A DNA stretch of 62,763 bases, the filler included, from Rhabdomonas costata (taxonomy: Eukaryota): the NCBI GenBank assembly GCA_019059605.1. It is 40 parts of 40 records of this genome, joined end to end, with 100 filler letters (N's around TTAATTAATTAA, not from the genome) between each part and the next. Parts side by side here need not be neighbours in the genome. Positions count along the whole stretch, not along the records: positions 22,017 to 23,488 come from JAHMHO010015066.1; positions 23,589 to 25,060 come from JAHMHO010015067.1; positions 25,161 to 26,628 come from JAHMHO010015068.1; positions 26,729 to 28,200 come from JAHMHO010015069.1; positions 28,301 to 29,772 come from JAHMHO010015070.1; positions 29,873 to 31,344 come from JAHMHO010015071.1; positions 31,445 to 32,915 come from JAHMHO010015072.1; positions 33,016 to 34,485 come from JAHMHO010015073.1; 32 more parts are not named here. The stretch is one strand, 5' to 3'. The notes below the pieces were generated by a model that had not been told where the DNA came from, searched no databases, and saw only the letters and a program-made list of their open reading frames with translations. Each line of letters opens with the position of its first letter. Positions within the stretch are counted from its first letter, which is position 1. This document shows positions 23,175 through 34,719 of this stretch, in pieces. A program made the position numbers and the translations under genes.

Positions 23175-25247
23175 GTGCGTGCACCTGTTTTGTAACGTGG
23201 TGAGGCACTGTCTTATTGTCTTGAGGTCAACGTGGGCGTGACATATGAGGAAGTTCTTCTTCCCCACCCTCTTCGTGGGGCACTCTTACGTTAGTGTGAG
23301 GGAAGGGCGCCCTGGGTGTCCTTCTGCCGCAAAAGAGTCCCAAGGCCAGTGCGCAGAAGGTCTTTCGAGTCCACCCCTTGGAGGGAATTTCTCTCGCAAC
23401 GCTCACCACAACTTCAGGACACATCTAAAGAAGTCTGCTGTCTCCTTGGCAATTAGAAAGCATCACGTTGCAGTTTCCAATCAAAAAANNNNNNNNNNNN
23501 NNNNNNNNNNNNNNNNNNNNNNNNNNNNNNNNTTAATTAATTAANNNNNNNNNNNNNNNNNNNNNNNNNNNNNNNNNNNNNNNNNNNNTTGTGTGGGTGT
23601 GTGTTTGGGGGGGTTTGGATATGGGCTTTCTTCATAAAGTCCCGACAAATGGATCGCACGCGGCTTGGTGTCCATGGATCGAGGTGTTATGAAGTGAGGT
23701 CCCGGGTCCTAAAGGGCAAGGAACTCAGGAGTAAGGAAACCGCATTGCTCAAAGAGCCCATATGGTTTTGTTCCCTCACTACGACTACATATGTTGGGAT
23801 ACACTCCACTGAGGGCAGCTAAAAGTATTCTTCAGAGGGTCGATGCCCTTCACTCGTTCACCTCAACTGGTTCGTCCCACCGCACGTACCAACCTCTGAC
23901 CGCATCCACCCCGCACGCGCCCACCCCCCAACCACACGACTACCACAACAGGCGCGGGAGCAGCGGCCGTGGTTGGCGATGCGGCCGCATCGTTGGAGAG
24001 CTCCGGGAGAGCTGGGCCAAAGTCCAGCGGCTGTGCGATGAGAGAGACCACTCCTGCTGGCATCCCTGCGAAGAAGACAACAGGCGGGGACACGCATTTG
24101 CTGGTTGAAGGCATGAAGACAACACAGAAGCAGGCCATGCTGCTCATTGGCTGGATGCGAAAAAAAAACGGAACCTTAACCCAAAAGTCAGTCCGGTGTG
24201 CACAAAGACGATTGCGCTCACTGAATGCTGCGCGAGAAAGGAGCCAGCCAGCATTTTTCGCCGAGTGGGGATGGGAATTCTTAAGAGAATCGGCTCTGCT
24301 TAAGAAGCAGCGTGGATTTTTCAGAATCCTTTAAATTACATAACAGTATTCATTCATATTGTCAGCATGCAGCAGCTGCATCTCCGCGTTCCAAGAAGGT
24401 GATCGTGTTGCCGCAGTCGAACAGTCCATCTCTGACGCCGACGATCCCTTCACTTCACTCAATCCTCTCTGAGCCTATGACCAAGAACTTTCGTTTTCAG
24501 TTGGGGCAGTTGACACGTCACTGCGATGTCAGAGAACCTCGACCTCAAAGGTTCTCAGCGGGACATATACTCTCATCTGAAGGAGGTTTCCTACAGCAAC
24601 TCGACACTGTAATCACTGGAGAGCTTTTCGAGAATTTTCTTTGGATCGATTGATTCAGAAAACGAAGGAAAGGCGGGAGCTGCAGCGCCGTTCTCTCCGA
24701 AACCTGGCTTGGATTTAAAAAAAAACTTGGGAAACTTGCAGCATTGGGCTCCTTTCACTAAGACATTCCAAAATGATTATCAAGTAATTCATGAGTGACT
24801 TGATGGCGGACAGGACACGGGGGGACAGACGTGGAGAAGGACGAGGTTTTGCTCCTTTTTGTGCCACCGAGCACATCACCGAGGGCCAAGAACATTTGAA
24901 TGCACGAGCACGGACGTGAAAGTATTGGGACTCCTGGATGCACCGACCTCAAAGATCAATGTAGGGTAAAGTATCAACAGTTCAAAGTTCAATTCAAAGG
25001 TCAATGCAACCCTGTTCCTACTAATAAAAGTATCATTTCCTTTTCAAGCAACATGGCTCCNNNNNNNNNNNNNNNNNNNNNNNNNNNNNNNNNNNNNNNN
25101 NNNNTTAATTAATTAANNNNNNNNNNNNNNNNNNNNNNNNNNNNNNNNNNNNNNNNNNNNTTTTTTTTGGAGAGCTACCAGAATGGTTGCTCTCCTTAAA
25201 AAAGAATACGCACAGACAGTGGTTCCAGGGAAAAAAAGGTGGCACGC

Positions 25248-26628
25248 CTTGGATTCATCAGAACTGAACCTCGCCGACATCACAAACACGCCATGGCCCC
25301 TCAGCACCGCCTTCTGCTCGACCCTTTGGCAGTCCCACACGCCAATAGCGCCGTCATCGGAGGCTGTGAGGGCTTCTGAGCCATCACTGCTAAGGGCTAC
25401 CCCATTCAGCGATCTGGTGTGCCCCGAGAGAGTCGCGGAGGGAGGGCCACCCCCACGGGGCCAGACCATGGCGGTGCAGTCGCCGGATGCAGTGGCCACG
25501 AGAGGCGGGCTGCTGGGGGAGGAAGTCAAGGCAACATCGCTGACCTGCGTGGGCGCATGTGCCAAGGACTGCTGGGGCAAACATCCCGCCAACCTTGAGA
25601 CTCCATTGAATGGTAAAGAGAGGGACATCACTCCGGATCTAAAACTGGGGCAGTTTAGAACGTCCTCGTGCGGCTGTGCCCACACTGTCATTCAGACGAG
25701 TGGGCGGGTGGGCCTTTGCTCCGTGTTTGGTTTTCTCATTTTCCGCGAAGGACGCTGAGGACAGAAACCCTTCCAGTAAGCCTTTAGTTATGGTTAACGT
25801 CCTTTCCATTCCCTTGGTTTGCTGTAAAAACGGGTAACCTTCCCGAAGTAAGAATTAAGAAGTTCAAACCTTCAAAAAGCATTCGAAAATACTATGAAAA
25901 GAAATGGAAATGAACAGCCTTCGCAGGGAACTGAGGTCCAATGTTCATCATGAATTTCCCGCTCTTCAAACTTCACGGCTCACTGAACGACAGCAGCATG
26001 GGAGCATCCTAACATTTCATAACACAACTTTTCCTCTCAACACACTGCCTGTCTCCCGCCTATGAAAGCGGTGCGATGCTGATGAAGAAAAGGGGAAGAC
26101 ATGAGCTGCAGGAAACGGGAAACTTCTAAAAATTAAACGCAAACCACGAGTACCGTTGAGGTGATTCAAGCCCAATTTCAAAAGGACTGAGGCAGTCAGT
26201 ATGGAGGGAGTGAGAAAACCGAGATATCCCTGGAACAACCCGAATCAACAGGGGTCACTCCGTTCTCAGGGAAGGGACTTTAAATGAAGTGGGAAAGTGG
26301 GAGCACCATCTATCATCTGGGCCCACTTAACCACTGTTATAGACAATGCAATAGAATGTTGGCGGCTTCTTGCAACACACAAGCGCTTGGCAACCACCAC
26401 AATGACAGGCGAAGCGTACCGCCTTACTATGACCATGATACGTCACCACAGCGGCCCCGCTAAGGGCGTCCCACAGCACCGCTGTGCCATCGCTGCTGCC
26501 GCTGAGGAGGTGGCGGCCGTCTGGGCTGAAGCAGCAGCTGGACACCCCCGCCGTGTGGCAGTGGAGCACCATGGCGTTCTCCCCTGTGGCGGGCACCCAC
26601 ACCCCCACCGTGCGGTCCTCCGAGCTTG
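25248..26628 (-). CDS. WD40-repeat protein (partial; exons 26628-26420, 25544-25248)
   Basis: HTAGVSSCCFSPDGRHLLSGSSDGTAVLWD; GHSKA|VSDVAL...VATASGDCTAMVW; GHTRSLNGVALSSDGSEALTASDDGAIGVWD; GT-AG intron, then GC donor at 25247. Confidence 0.92.
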
Positions 26629-27395
26629 NNNNNNNNNNNNNNNNNNNNNNNNNNNNNNNNNNNNNNNNNNNNTTAATTAATTAANNNNNNNNNNNNNNNN
26701 NNNNNNNNNNNNNNNNNNNNNNNNNNNNTTGGTTTTTTCTGTCGCGCAGCACACATGAAGAATTGTTTGCTGCTCCTACCGTGACCGCTTCGTTCCAAAA
26801 AAAAATGATCGGCATAGACCATCGCCAACGGCAATGCCCATCGGTGTTCATTGTGTTTGACGCAGCAAATTGTATTTTACACAGGAAGGACCACTTATCC
26901 CTTTCAAGGTGAGTGGATATTTTCAGGAAGGCAGTTGTTACTGGCGAACAGAGGAACCAGACTCAGGGTATTAGGTTATTCTGGGTTTAACGCGCCACAC
27001 GACGGCATGTGATCCTTTTTCTCACCGTACTGCCGCGAAAAACCCAACGAACTACTAGAAATCGGACAAAGATCTTAATCAAAGCTTAAGCATCGAAGGT
27101 GTTTTGGACCAAGGACCGTCTTCGCTTGGGGGGGGGCAAGATATAGCTCAAAATTTTCGCTGCCTTTGACCCAACGCGAATTTCACAAAAAAATTTTTTG
27201 ATGATGCAGCAGCAAACAGCCATCACTGCAGGAAGGAGTAACAATACTTTCATCTGAACTGGTTGGTTCGAGGAAATTAATTCTCAGTTTTCAGCGATGC
27301 TCACAATTCCACGACAAAAAAAGAGCGATAAGACTCATATATCTTCAGATAAGGAACAGACAAAGTCTGGCACCACATGTTGTACAGACACACAC

Positions 27396-28196
27396 CTCTG
27401 CCCAGGAGCGGCCCGGAAAGGGTCGCACCCCGCACAGCATCTCAAACAGAACAATGCCGAGGCTCCAGAAGTCAACAGCATAGCTGTAGGGCTGCTTCGA
27501 GAACACCTCCGGGGCTTTGGTGCGCAAGAAAACAGAAATAGAAGTAACTCCTCCCTACTTGAAAGTATCTTCAACAATTCCTGGTCAAATAACATTACAC
27601 CACCACTGCCCCACTAAAGCAGTGCACTAAAGCAGGCTTTCGAGGGGAGCGATTGCAAAAAACCTCATTGGGCTGCGACGTACACAAAGGGTGGCCACAC
27701 CTTGCACCCTTCGAACGGCACTGCGAATGCGCCGGCAGGTTGAGGGTCGTTAAAACTGTTTTAACTGCCAGCAGGGGGGTGAGTTGCTGTCCAGTTTAGT
27801 CCGTCAGCGGTTGCGTTCTAGCCCCACAAGGTTCCAAAGGGAAAACCTTCCAGCTGATTCCATCACTCCTGAATTCAGGCCCATATTAACCGGAGTGCGT
27901 CGGCTTATTTCATCGGTAGGAGTGTCCACGGGCACTTAAAACCTAGCAGTCCAGAGTTTTCCAGGCAACAGTACAAAATAAAGTGAAGAGAAGAGTGCAG
28001 AAGAGAAATCACACGTCCCCCCGTCCGTCGCGCAACAAGACTTTTCATGTGCCGTTTATATCGGCGTCCACACATCGCATCTACCAGTGTAGCCAAGAGA
28101 GCCCACGAGGTCCTCGCAGAGGTGCGGGCTCTGGTACAGGTCAGCGTTGACGAAGTCCTTGGCGTTGCCCAGGCCAGTGACCCGGATGTGCCCCAC
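27396..28196 (-). CDS. AGC-group protein kinase, subdomains VII-X, with DFG replaced by GLG (exons ~28196-28085, 27514-27396)
   Basis: GHIRVTGLGNAK...LVGSLGYT|APEVFSKQPYSYAVDFWSLGIVLFEMLCGVRPF. Confidence 0.88.
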
Positions 28197-28574
28197 AACA
28201 NNNNNNNNNNNNNNNNNNNNNNNNNNNNNNNNNNNNNNNNNNNNTTAATTAATTAANNNNNNNNNNNNNNNNNNNNNNNNNNNNNNNNNNNNNNNNNNNN
28301 GGGGGTGGGGGGTGAAGCCGCAAGTGTCGCACCAAGGCGCGGGCAGCGAGAGAGCCCACCAAAGCCCACCAGGGCAACGCACGGGTAGAACACTACACAC
28401 AGAAGCAAGAAAGACGATACACAAAAACATAGGCACGCCAAGAGAGAGCACCAGCTTTTACAAGGCGGGCGCCCGGCCGAAAACAAAGCGCAATTCGGCC
28501 GAGGGAAAGCGATCTTCTGGGGAGGGGAGACCAGTGACCGGCGCCGCGACTTCGGGCAGAAGAAGGCGTGGGCG

Positions 28575-28640
28575 TGCCGAACCCGGGAATCGAACCCGTG
28601 ACCAAGCGGCCGACGCGGACAACTCGGACATAAGACCGGC
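28575..28640 (-). ncRNA. tRNA-like / Pol III element: intact T-arm (B box) and 3' acceptor strand, degenerate 5' half
   Basis: Minus strand CGGGTTCGATTCCCGGGTTCGGCA (B box GGTTCGATTCC) preceded by A-box-like TGTCCGAGTTG; only ~66 nt from a GCCGG 5' end and no clean anticodon arm. Confidence 0.5.
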
Positions 28641-29872
28641 CATGCCCAGACGGCGGGGAAACCCAAACCCGAACGATACTACGGCCATAAGGGTCGTAAT
28701 TTTCCTTGGTCTGAGGCTTTCGAAGTGCATCGGTTAAAACATCTCTAGGATACTCGTATGAGGCGAAGAAAGTGTGGTCTGGGTATGTTGGTGGATGATA
28801 TTGCTTGTTGGTTGATGGATCGGGCAGCTACGGTTTGAATGCCTGAGATCCACAGTTTTTGAGGTGGGGCAGCCACCGAGTGTGGTGTGAGCCCCCCTAC
28901 CCGGCCCCGGCACATCCCGAGCGAAATATTTCCCACACAGACACAAACATTCGGGCCCGAAACGCCCAGTAAAGTCTCAGCTAATGACGAAAAAAGTCAA
29001 ACAATGGTCCAACAATTGCAGGACTCGTCAAACAAGAACCCTTCGTTGCACAAGTGGACTTCCGACCAGAAATGTATCTGAGGAGGTCTTGCAACCTGCT
29101 CCAGACGAGTATTGGCCTGCCGGGCCACGGGCAATACAAGAACGGGGGGCATTGCCCATCGCAGCGGTCCGATATTCCTCTGGAAAAGCAGCCTTCCAGT
29201 TCAACCGAAGCATAACTTCTTTCTCCCGCGAGAGCGAACTGCAAAGTGAAATCCAAAGAATCGGTTTAAGTTTAGAGCCTACCACAACCAACAAATAAGG
29301 TCGTCTGCCTTCGTTTGGACGAAAGCTGACAAGCCATGAAAGAAACAACGCTTTCTTCACTGACTAAGGCTAAGACATTTCTCTTTGGAACATGAAGGAT
29401 TCAGCAGCAATTAGTATGTCACGAACAGTTTTCGCTAGTTCCCGTTTTTCTGCCGCTGATACCTTTTGATCCTTTGATGCTTTCAATGACAGCGTTTCCA
29501 ATGATTCACTGCGGCATGATGGCTCCTTCGTTTTATGTCGTGGCTTCCTTTCATTCCTTTGCGGCAATCTCATGTGTGGTTTTCTTCGCAGATTAAAGCA
29601 CAGCGCACGCAATTGCCGCATGCGCAGGGCAGACACCCCGTGGGAAGGGGAAGGAGGAAGAGACATGGCAAACCTACGTTCAGCCTGTCTGCGGTCGCCT
29701 TTCCCTTCTTGGAGCTCGCCTCGTAGGCCCGCAAGATCTTCTCAAACTGCATACCAAGGAACCCAAAAAACCNNNNNNNNNNNNNNNNNNNNNNNNNNNN
29801 NNNNNNNNNNNNNNNNTTAATTAATTAANNNNNNNNNNNNNNNNNNNNNNNNNNNNNNNNNNNNNNNNNNNN

Positions 29873-30635
29873 GTTGTTTGTGTGAACCATTTACTGTTAA
29901 CATTTTATAATTTCTTAAATATTTACAAATTTGTAATGATTCATCATAGGATGTAATTTCATCATCAACACTGTGTATAACAAGAAATTTTGTTGTTGTA
30001 TATAATTGTTGTGAAAGATAGTTACATGTATTATATTTATGACCGTAAAATATACGTAAAACATACCAGATTGGTTTTGTAACTATATTACTTGAATGTT
30101 TGTCAATATTTGCAAATCCTGAATTTAAAATAACTTTTGAAACACAAATATTCTGTTTACATAATGTATTATATAAATGTGAAACAACAGTACAACCTAA
30201 TGAATAACCATATAAAATTATATTTTCAGGTTTGTAATATTTTGTTAAATAACACCATACATAATATGCATCTTGATAAATTCCATATTCTGATGGTTTC
30301 CCTGTACTTTTACCAAAACCACGATAATCAAACATAATTATAGACACGTAATTTTTAATTAAATTAGCTTTATAAATTGAATTATAAATATTACCAGAAT
30401 TACCAGTAGCAAATAAAACAATCAATGATGTTTTTTTATCAAAAAACAAACAATTAATTGTTTCAAGTGTTTTATTATTTATTATATTAATTTCTTTGAC
30501 ATTTCTTTCTTTAATGTAAGTATCTTTTTTTATTGTAATTGGTTCAAACATAAATTTGTGTTCAAGTTGAACAACACATAAATGAACAACTGTAAACATT
30601 GCAAATAGAGAACTTAATATCAAAAACATGATCAT
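29873..30635 (-). CDS. Alpha/beta-fold serine hydrolase (ABHD13/ABHD17-like) with N-terminal TM segment; 3' truncated
   Basis: LFATGNSGNI, MFDYRGFGKSTGKPSEYGIYQDA, nucleophile elbow GYSLG, IHSVDDEI (Asp) and GSH (His). Confidence 0.92.
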
Positions 30636-30696
30636 TTATTTTTTATACTATTTTAGATATTTTTGTTAACTCATACCTGAACATATTTATTTTTTT

Positions 30697-31344
30697 TTAA
30701 ATATTTTTATAATATTTATCATATAATAATTCAGAATTATTTACTTGTTTTACATTTGTTTTATTAAGTTTTTGCCAGACATACATTGGTCTACATATAT
30801 GTTTTTCTTTAGATGTATGACCAATAATACCTAAATATTTAGAATTTTCAAGATTTGAATTTATGTATAATATCATTGGTTCAACATATATATATTTTGT
30901 TTTGGGAACATTTTCAATACTTATAACCATAAATCCGTGTAATTCTAATTGATTCCATGCTTTAGACAATGAAAAACAAAGAAAATCATAAAACCATGAA
31001 TGTAAATCAGAATGATTATGTATTGATTGTGATGAATCAGACGAATAAATTTCCAAATTAAAATATGGTGGACTAGTAAAAATCAAATCATATGTATTAT
31101 TTAAATTACTTTTTTCAAATGGACTATTTGTTAGTATATATTTATCTTGATTCACTTTAAAAAATGTAAGAATATCATTATATCCAGAAACATGTATTAG
31201 GATCAAATCCATGATAATAATCTATATATTTATCTTGTGATATTGCACCAATTAAACGATCGCCCCAACCAGAAGAAAAGTCTAAGATACGTTTACTTTT
31301 AAATAATTTTAGAACAGAAATAACAATTGTTATTTTAAATGTGG
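30697..31344 (-). pseudogene. Amino (N4-C/N6-A) DNA methyltransferase of giant-virus/phage type; 5' truncated, frameshift at ~31190
   Basis: Upstream frame reads RILDFSSGWGDRLIGAI...YHGFDPNTCFWI* (SAM-binding motif I); downstream frame continues SGYNDI...YDLIFTSPPYFNLEIYS (motif IV, SPPY). Confidence 0.85.
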
Positions 31345-31444
31345 NNNNNNNNNNNNNNNNNNNNNNNNNNNNNNNNNNNNNNNNNNNNTTAATTAATTAA
31401 NNNNNNNNNNNNNNNNNNNNNNNNNNNNNNNNNNNNNNNNNNNN

Positions 31445-32863
31445 GGGGTTTGGGGTGCCGGAAGTGCCCGTATATTCCGCCGGTGGCTGACGTGAACGTC
31501 ACCGTGCTGGTGAACTTGCTGTCCAGCAGCGCGTGGAAGGTCGGGTGGTAAGACTGGGGATCCAGGAAGAGGTCCCGCGTCGCCACAGCTGCTTGCTGAC
31601 CTGCACCAGGGCCTCCGCTCTGCAAAGAGGACCACTACACTACACGTCAAAGACCTCGTGTGAAGGAATTCTGTGTCAAGAATGATCATCCGCAACATTA
31701 CCTAAAGACCAAATTTCATTTCTCTTTCGTACTTTGTACACTGGCGACCAGCCTATGTCCAATGGAGAGAGCAATCGCGGCAATGACCTGTAATAACCAC
31801 AATGGAAAGCACTCGGCCATGGCGATGGCAAGGTTGGGAGAATCACACGTTGTTCCATACCTGATAAGGCGGCTGACAATGGACTCCGCGATCTGTGGTA
31901 GCAGCTGCATCTGTGCACAGATGCGAAAAGACCGAGGAACTCCAGACTCGAGGTGGGGGGGATAATTATCAGTGATCAACGAGGATGTGGCACTATGTAT
32001 GTATATGTAACTCTTTCTGTGGGAAAGGACAGGACAGGACAAACTCAAATGATGGTGGAGATTCCGACGCTCAGCAACAGGAACGCAATAACACAATAAC
32101 AATAACACAATAACAATAACAATAACAATAACACAATAGCCCCCTTGCCTGCAGGCCAGAGCTCACATACCCAAACCACAGAGGGAAGCGGCTTGGGGGA
32201 AGGGCAGCCGAAGGAAGACCAGCTGCACGCCATGGCCACGCAGAAGCTGTTCGTGCACACATGCGCTTGAGGTGGTAGTGCAGTTTGGACGTGGTTCACT
32301 CCCCACTTCCAAAGTGATACAGTTGCAAAACATGGTCGGGGCAGAACAGGGGGAGAACACGGAGCAGAACATCAAATCGAACCCCGTTGCCCTCCGTGGG
32401 TCAACTCGCTGGTTCCACTCGACCCAAAACATCTTTCTAATATAAAGAAACGTGCACCCTAAATTCCACCGCGAAAACAGCAAAAAGGCCCACAACACGG
32501 CGGGAAATGGCAGGAACCGTCGATCCAGAACATTCCAGAACAATATACGATCCGAAAACAAAAAAGAGCCGAAAAGCACACCTCGAACTCCTTCGACAGG
32601 CTCTGCACAGTGTCCAGACCCGTGGTGTACGTCAGGTACCACGCCAGAAAGGCCGCCACAAAAATCGCCACCACACAGAACGCCGCCAGCAGGAACCGCA
32701 GCGACAGAAAAAAGCTCGCCACAGGGCCACGGGACTTGTCCTCCTCCTCGGGAGGAGAGGCTGCCACAGCAGGAGCGGTGGAGGTGAAGACCTTGGCTTT
32801 GCTGGGAACAGAGGAAACTGGCATCACCACCCCGTCGACACAGCTGTCCTGGGGAGGGGCCAT
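31445..32863 (-). CDS. Membrane-anchored receptor-like protein N-terminus (exons 32863-32582, 31910-31861, 31619-31445), with an apparent 1-nt frameshift at ~31575
   Basis: TM helix LSLRFLLAAFCVVAIFVAAFLAWYLTY, then spliced KEFE|MQLLPQIAESIVSRLIR|AEALVQVSKQLWRRG..DLFLDPQSYHPTFHALLDSKFTSTVTFTS; intron phases consistent; layout recalls N-termini of membrane nucleotide cyclases but no catalytic domain is visible. Confidence 0.6.
32086..32138 (+). repeat. (CAATAA)n-like intronic microsatellite
   Basis: caataacacaataacaataacacaataacaataacaataacaataacacaata. Confidence 0.9.
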
Positions 32864-33635
32864 GTCATCGCGGGGCGGGGCCAGTGCGTGGCGAGAACTC
32901 GGGGACTGCACAAAANNNNNNNNNNNNNNNNNNNNNNNNNNNNNNNNNNNNNNNNNNNNTTAATTAATTAANNNNNNNNNNNNNNNNNNNNNNNNNNNNN
33001 NNNNNNNNNNNNNNNGGGTTTTTGGGTGGGGGTGGGGAATGGAGTCAAGCGCCGTCGAAGAGAGCCTCAAGCTACGTGGCCTCGGTTGTGGAAATGGGTC
33101 TGCAGCGGTGGGAGGGTGGCAAACAAGCGTCACAAATTGGCCTAGGCTAACGGGTGCTACCTTACAGCTGCTGAATCACCTTGTTTCCATGGTTGACTAT
33201 CTGAAGCACAGTGCTGTTACTGCTTCACTTGAAGTTTACTGTGGGACGGAGAACACAGCATCAAACCACGCCGACCAAACCGGCCAGTCAGCCCAAAATA
33301 TGCTCACGGGGATGCTACAAGAAACCGACACCGACACCGAAATGAAAACGAACCCGCAAGAATGCTCAAGCACACCCGACGCCCAATTCAACTCAAAACC
33401 TTTGACTCTGTTATAGGCGTTTGTGTTTTCTCAAAACCTCGTCTCTGCGTGAGCTCAAAATCTCCACATTTCCTGGCAAAAGGTTTTCAACTGTCACCAA
33501 AAATAAGACCATCGCAACTGAAACCAAATCCAGGAACGCTTACATCTACACCCAAAACGGCCCCGTTTCTCTTCCAAAAGGGCATAGGCAGGCTAAAAAA
33601 AGCGCCACCGACCTTCCAGTTCAAAATCTCGGCTC

Positions 33636-34053
33636 TTAACCGGATCCCTCAATGCCAGAGCTACTGGCAAGAATCTGGCTCAGCAGCTCCGTCAGCGCCG
33701 CCTGCTCTCTCTGCAGCTGGGCCAGGCGGTGCTGCACCACCGCCGCCAGCACAGGCAGATTGGTGGCCAAGGCGCCCCTATTGCCCTCAGCAAGACCCGG
33801 CTTGCCCGCCTCCGCTGCGCCCCCGGCCGTGTGCAGCATGCCCGTGCCCGGTGGCAGCAAGGGGCCCGCCAGAAGCTCTACGATGCTGCTGTTGCTGCTG
33901 GGCCACTGCGCGGTGGTAGCCGGAGTGGCAGTGGTGGTGTTGCCAGACTCCGAAGTGGAGGTGGAACGCTCGAAAGGGCTGGTGAAGCCGGAAGAGGAAG
34001 CGGGAATCATGCCATTGGGTAAGTCTGGGCTGGCCTGGCGGTAGGCGTTCAAT
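33636..34053 (-). CDS. Terminal exon of an unknown protein (S/T-rich, then a short coiled coil)
   Basis: CAG acceptor after a pyrimidine tract; ...LAAVVQHRLAQLQREQAALTELLSQIL...SG*. Confidence 0.5.
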
Positions 34054-34719
34054 CTGTGAAAGGTGAAAGGTGAAAGGTTCCTCTCCAACTGAAAGCAAGG
34101 TACAAAATAGAGCTGAAAGGTGCTCCGTCGAAAGGTTCGCTCAGAATCACTTGCGTCCGCCTTTCCCCAGCTATCCCTGCGTCCAAAACGCCACCAACTT
34201 TCACAAATCAAAGAACTTCAAATCAAAGAAAGAGCGAATTTGATTCGTCCTGCCACTCAACGTAAGGGCCCCAATCCCTTGGTAACAGTGCATATACGCG
34301 TTCTTGACACGATTCCGATAGCTTCGGTTGTTTTTTGCAACCCCAAAGAAATCGGAATTATTTCAATGTTTTCTTCTTGAAAATTCCAAAAGTTCGGGTT
34401 GTTGAGGCTTCGCATTGCTCATTACACATAAACGTGATCGCCGGTAAAGGTTTATGTGTAATGAGCAATGCGAAGCCCCAACACCNNNNNNNNNNNNNNN
34501 NNNNNNNNNNNNNNNNNNNNNNNNNNNNNTTAATTAATTAANNNNNNNNNNNNNNNNNNNNNNNNNNNNNNNNNNNNNNNNNNNNTTGTGGTTGGAATTC
34601 CAAAGGAAAATGGTCGGCTGCAATCTTCCATCTTCTGCTTCGTTGCAGCCGACCATTTTCCTTTGGAATTCCAACTGCTTCTCTGCACGCTTTCTTGAAC
34701 TTTGGGGATTTTCTCTGGC

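Larger units (their letters stand above)
29873..31344. mobile_element. AT-rich intronless contig of probable giant-virus (Nucleocytoviricota) origin
   Basis: GC roughly low-20s % by eye versus ~50% elsewhere; two co-oriented intronless genes with a ~60-nt A/T spacer; gene families common in Imitervirales. Confidence 0.65.

Noticed and set aside
28676-28800. 5S rRNA-like start (TACGGCCATA)
   Set aside because: Similarity ends after ~10 nt; no downstream 5S motifs
28981-29772. Fragmented ORFs next to the tRNA-like element as a possible integrase
   Set aside because: No tyrosine-recombinase catalytic residues identifiable
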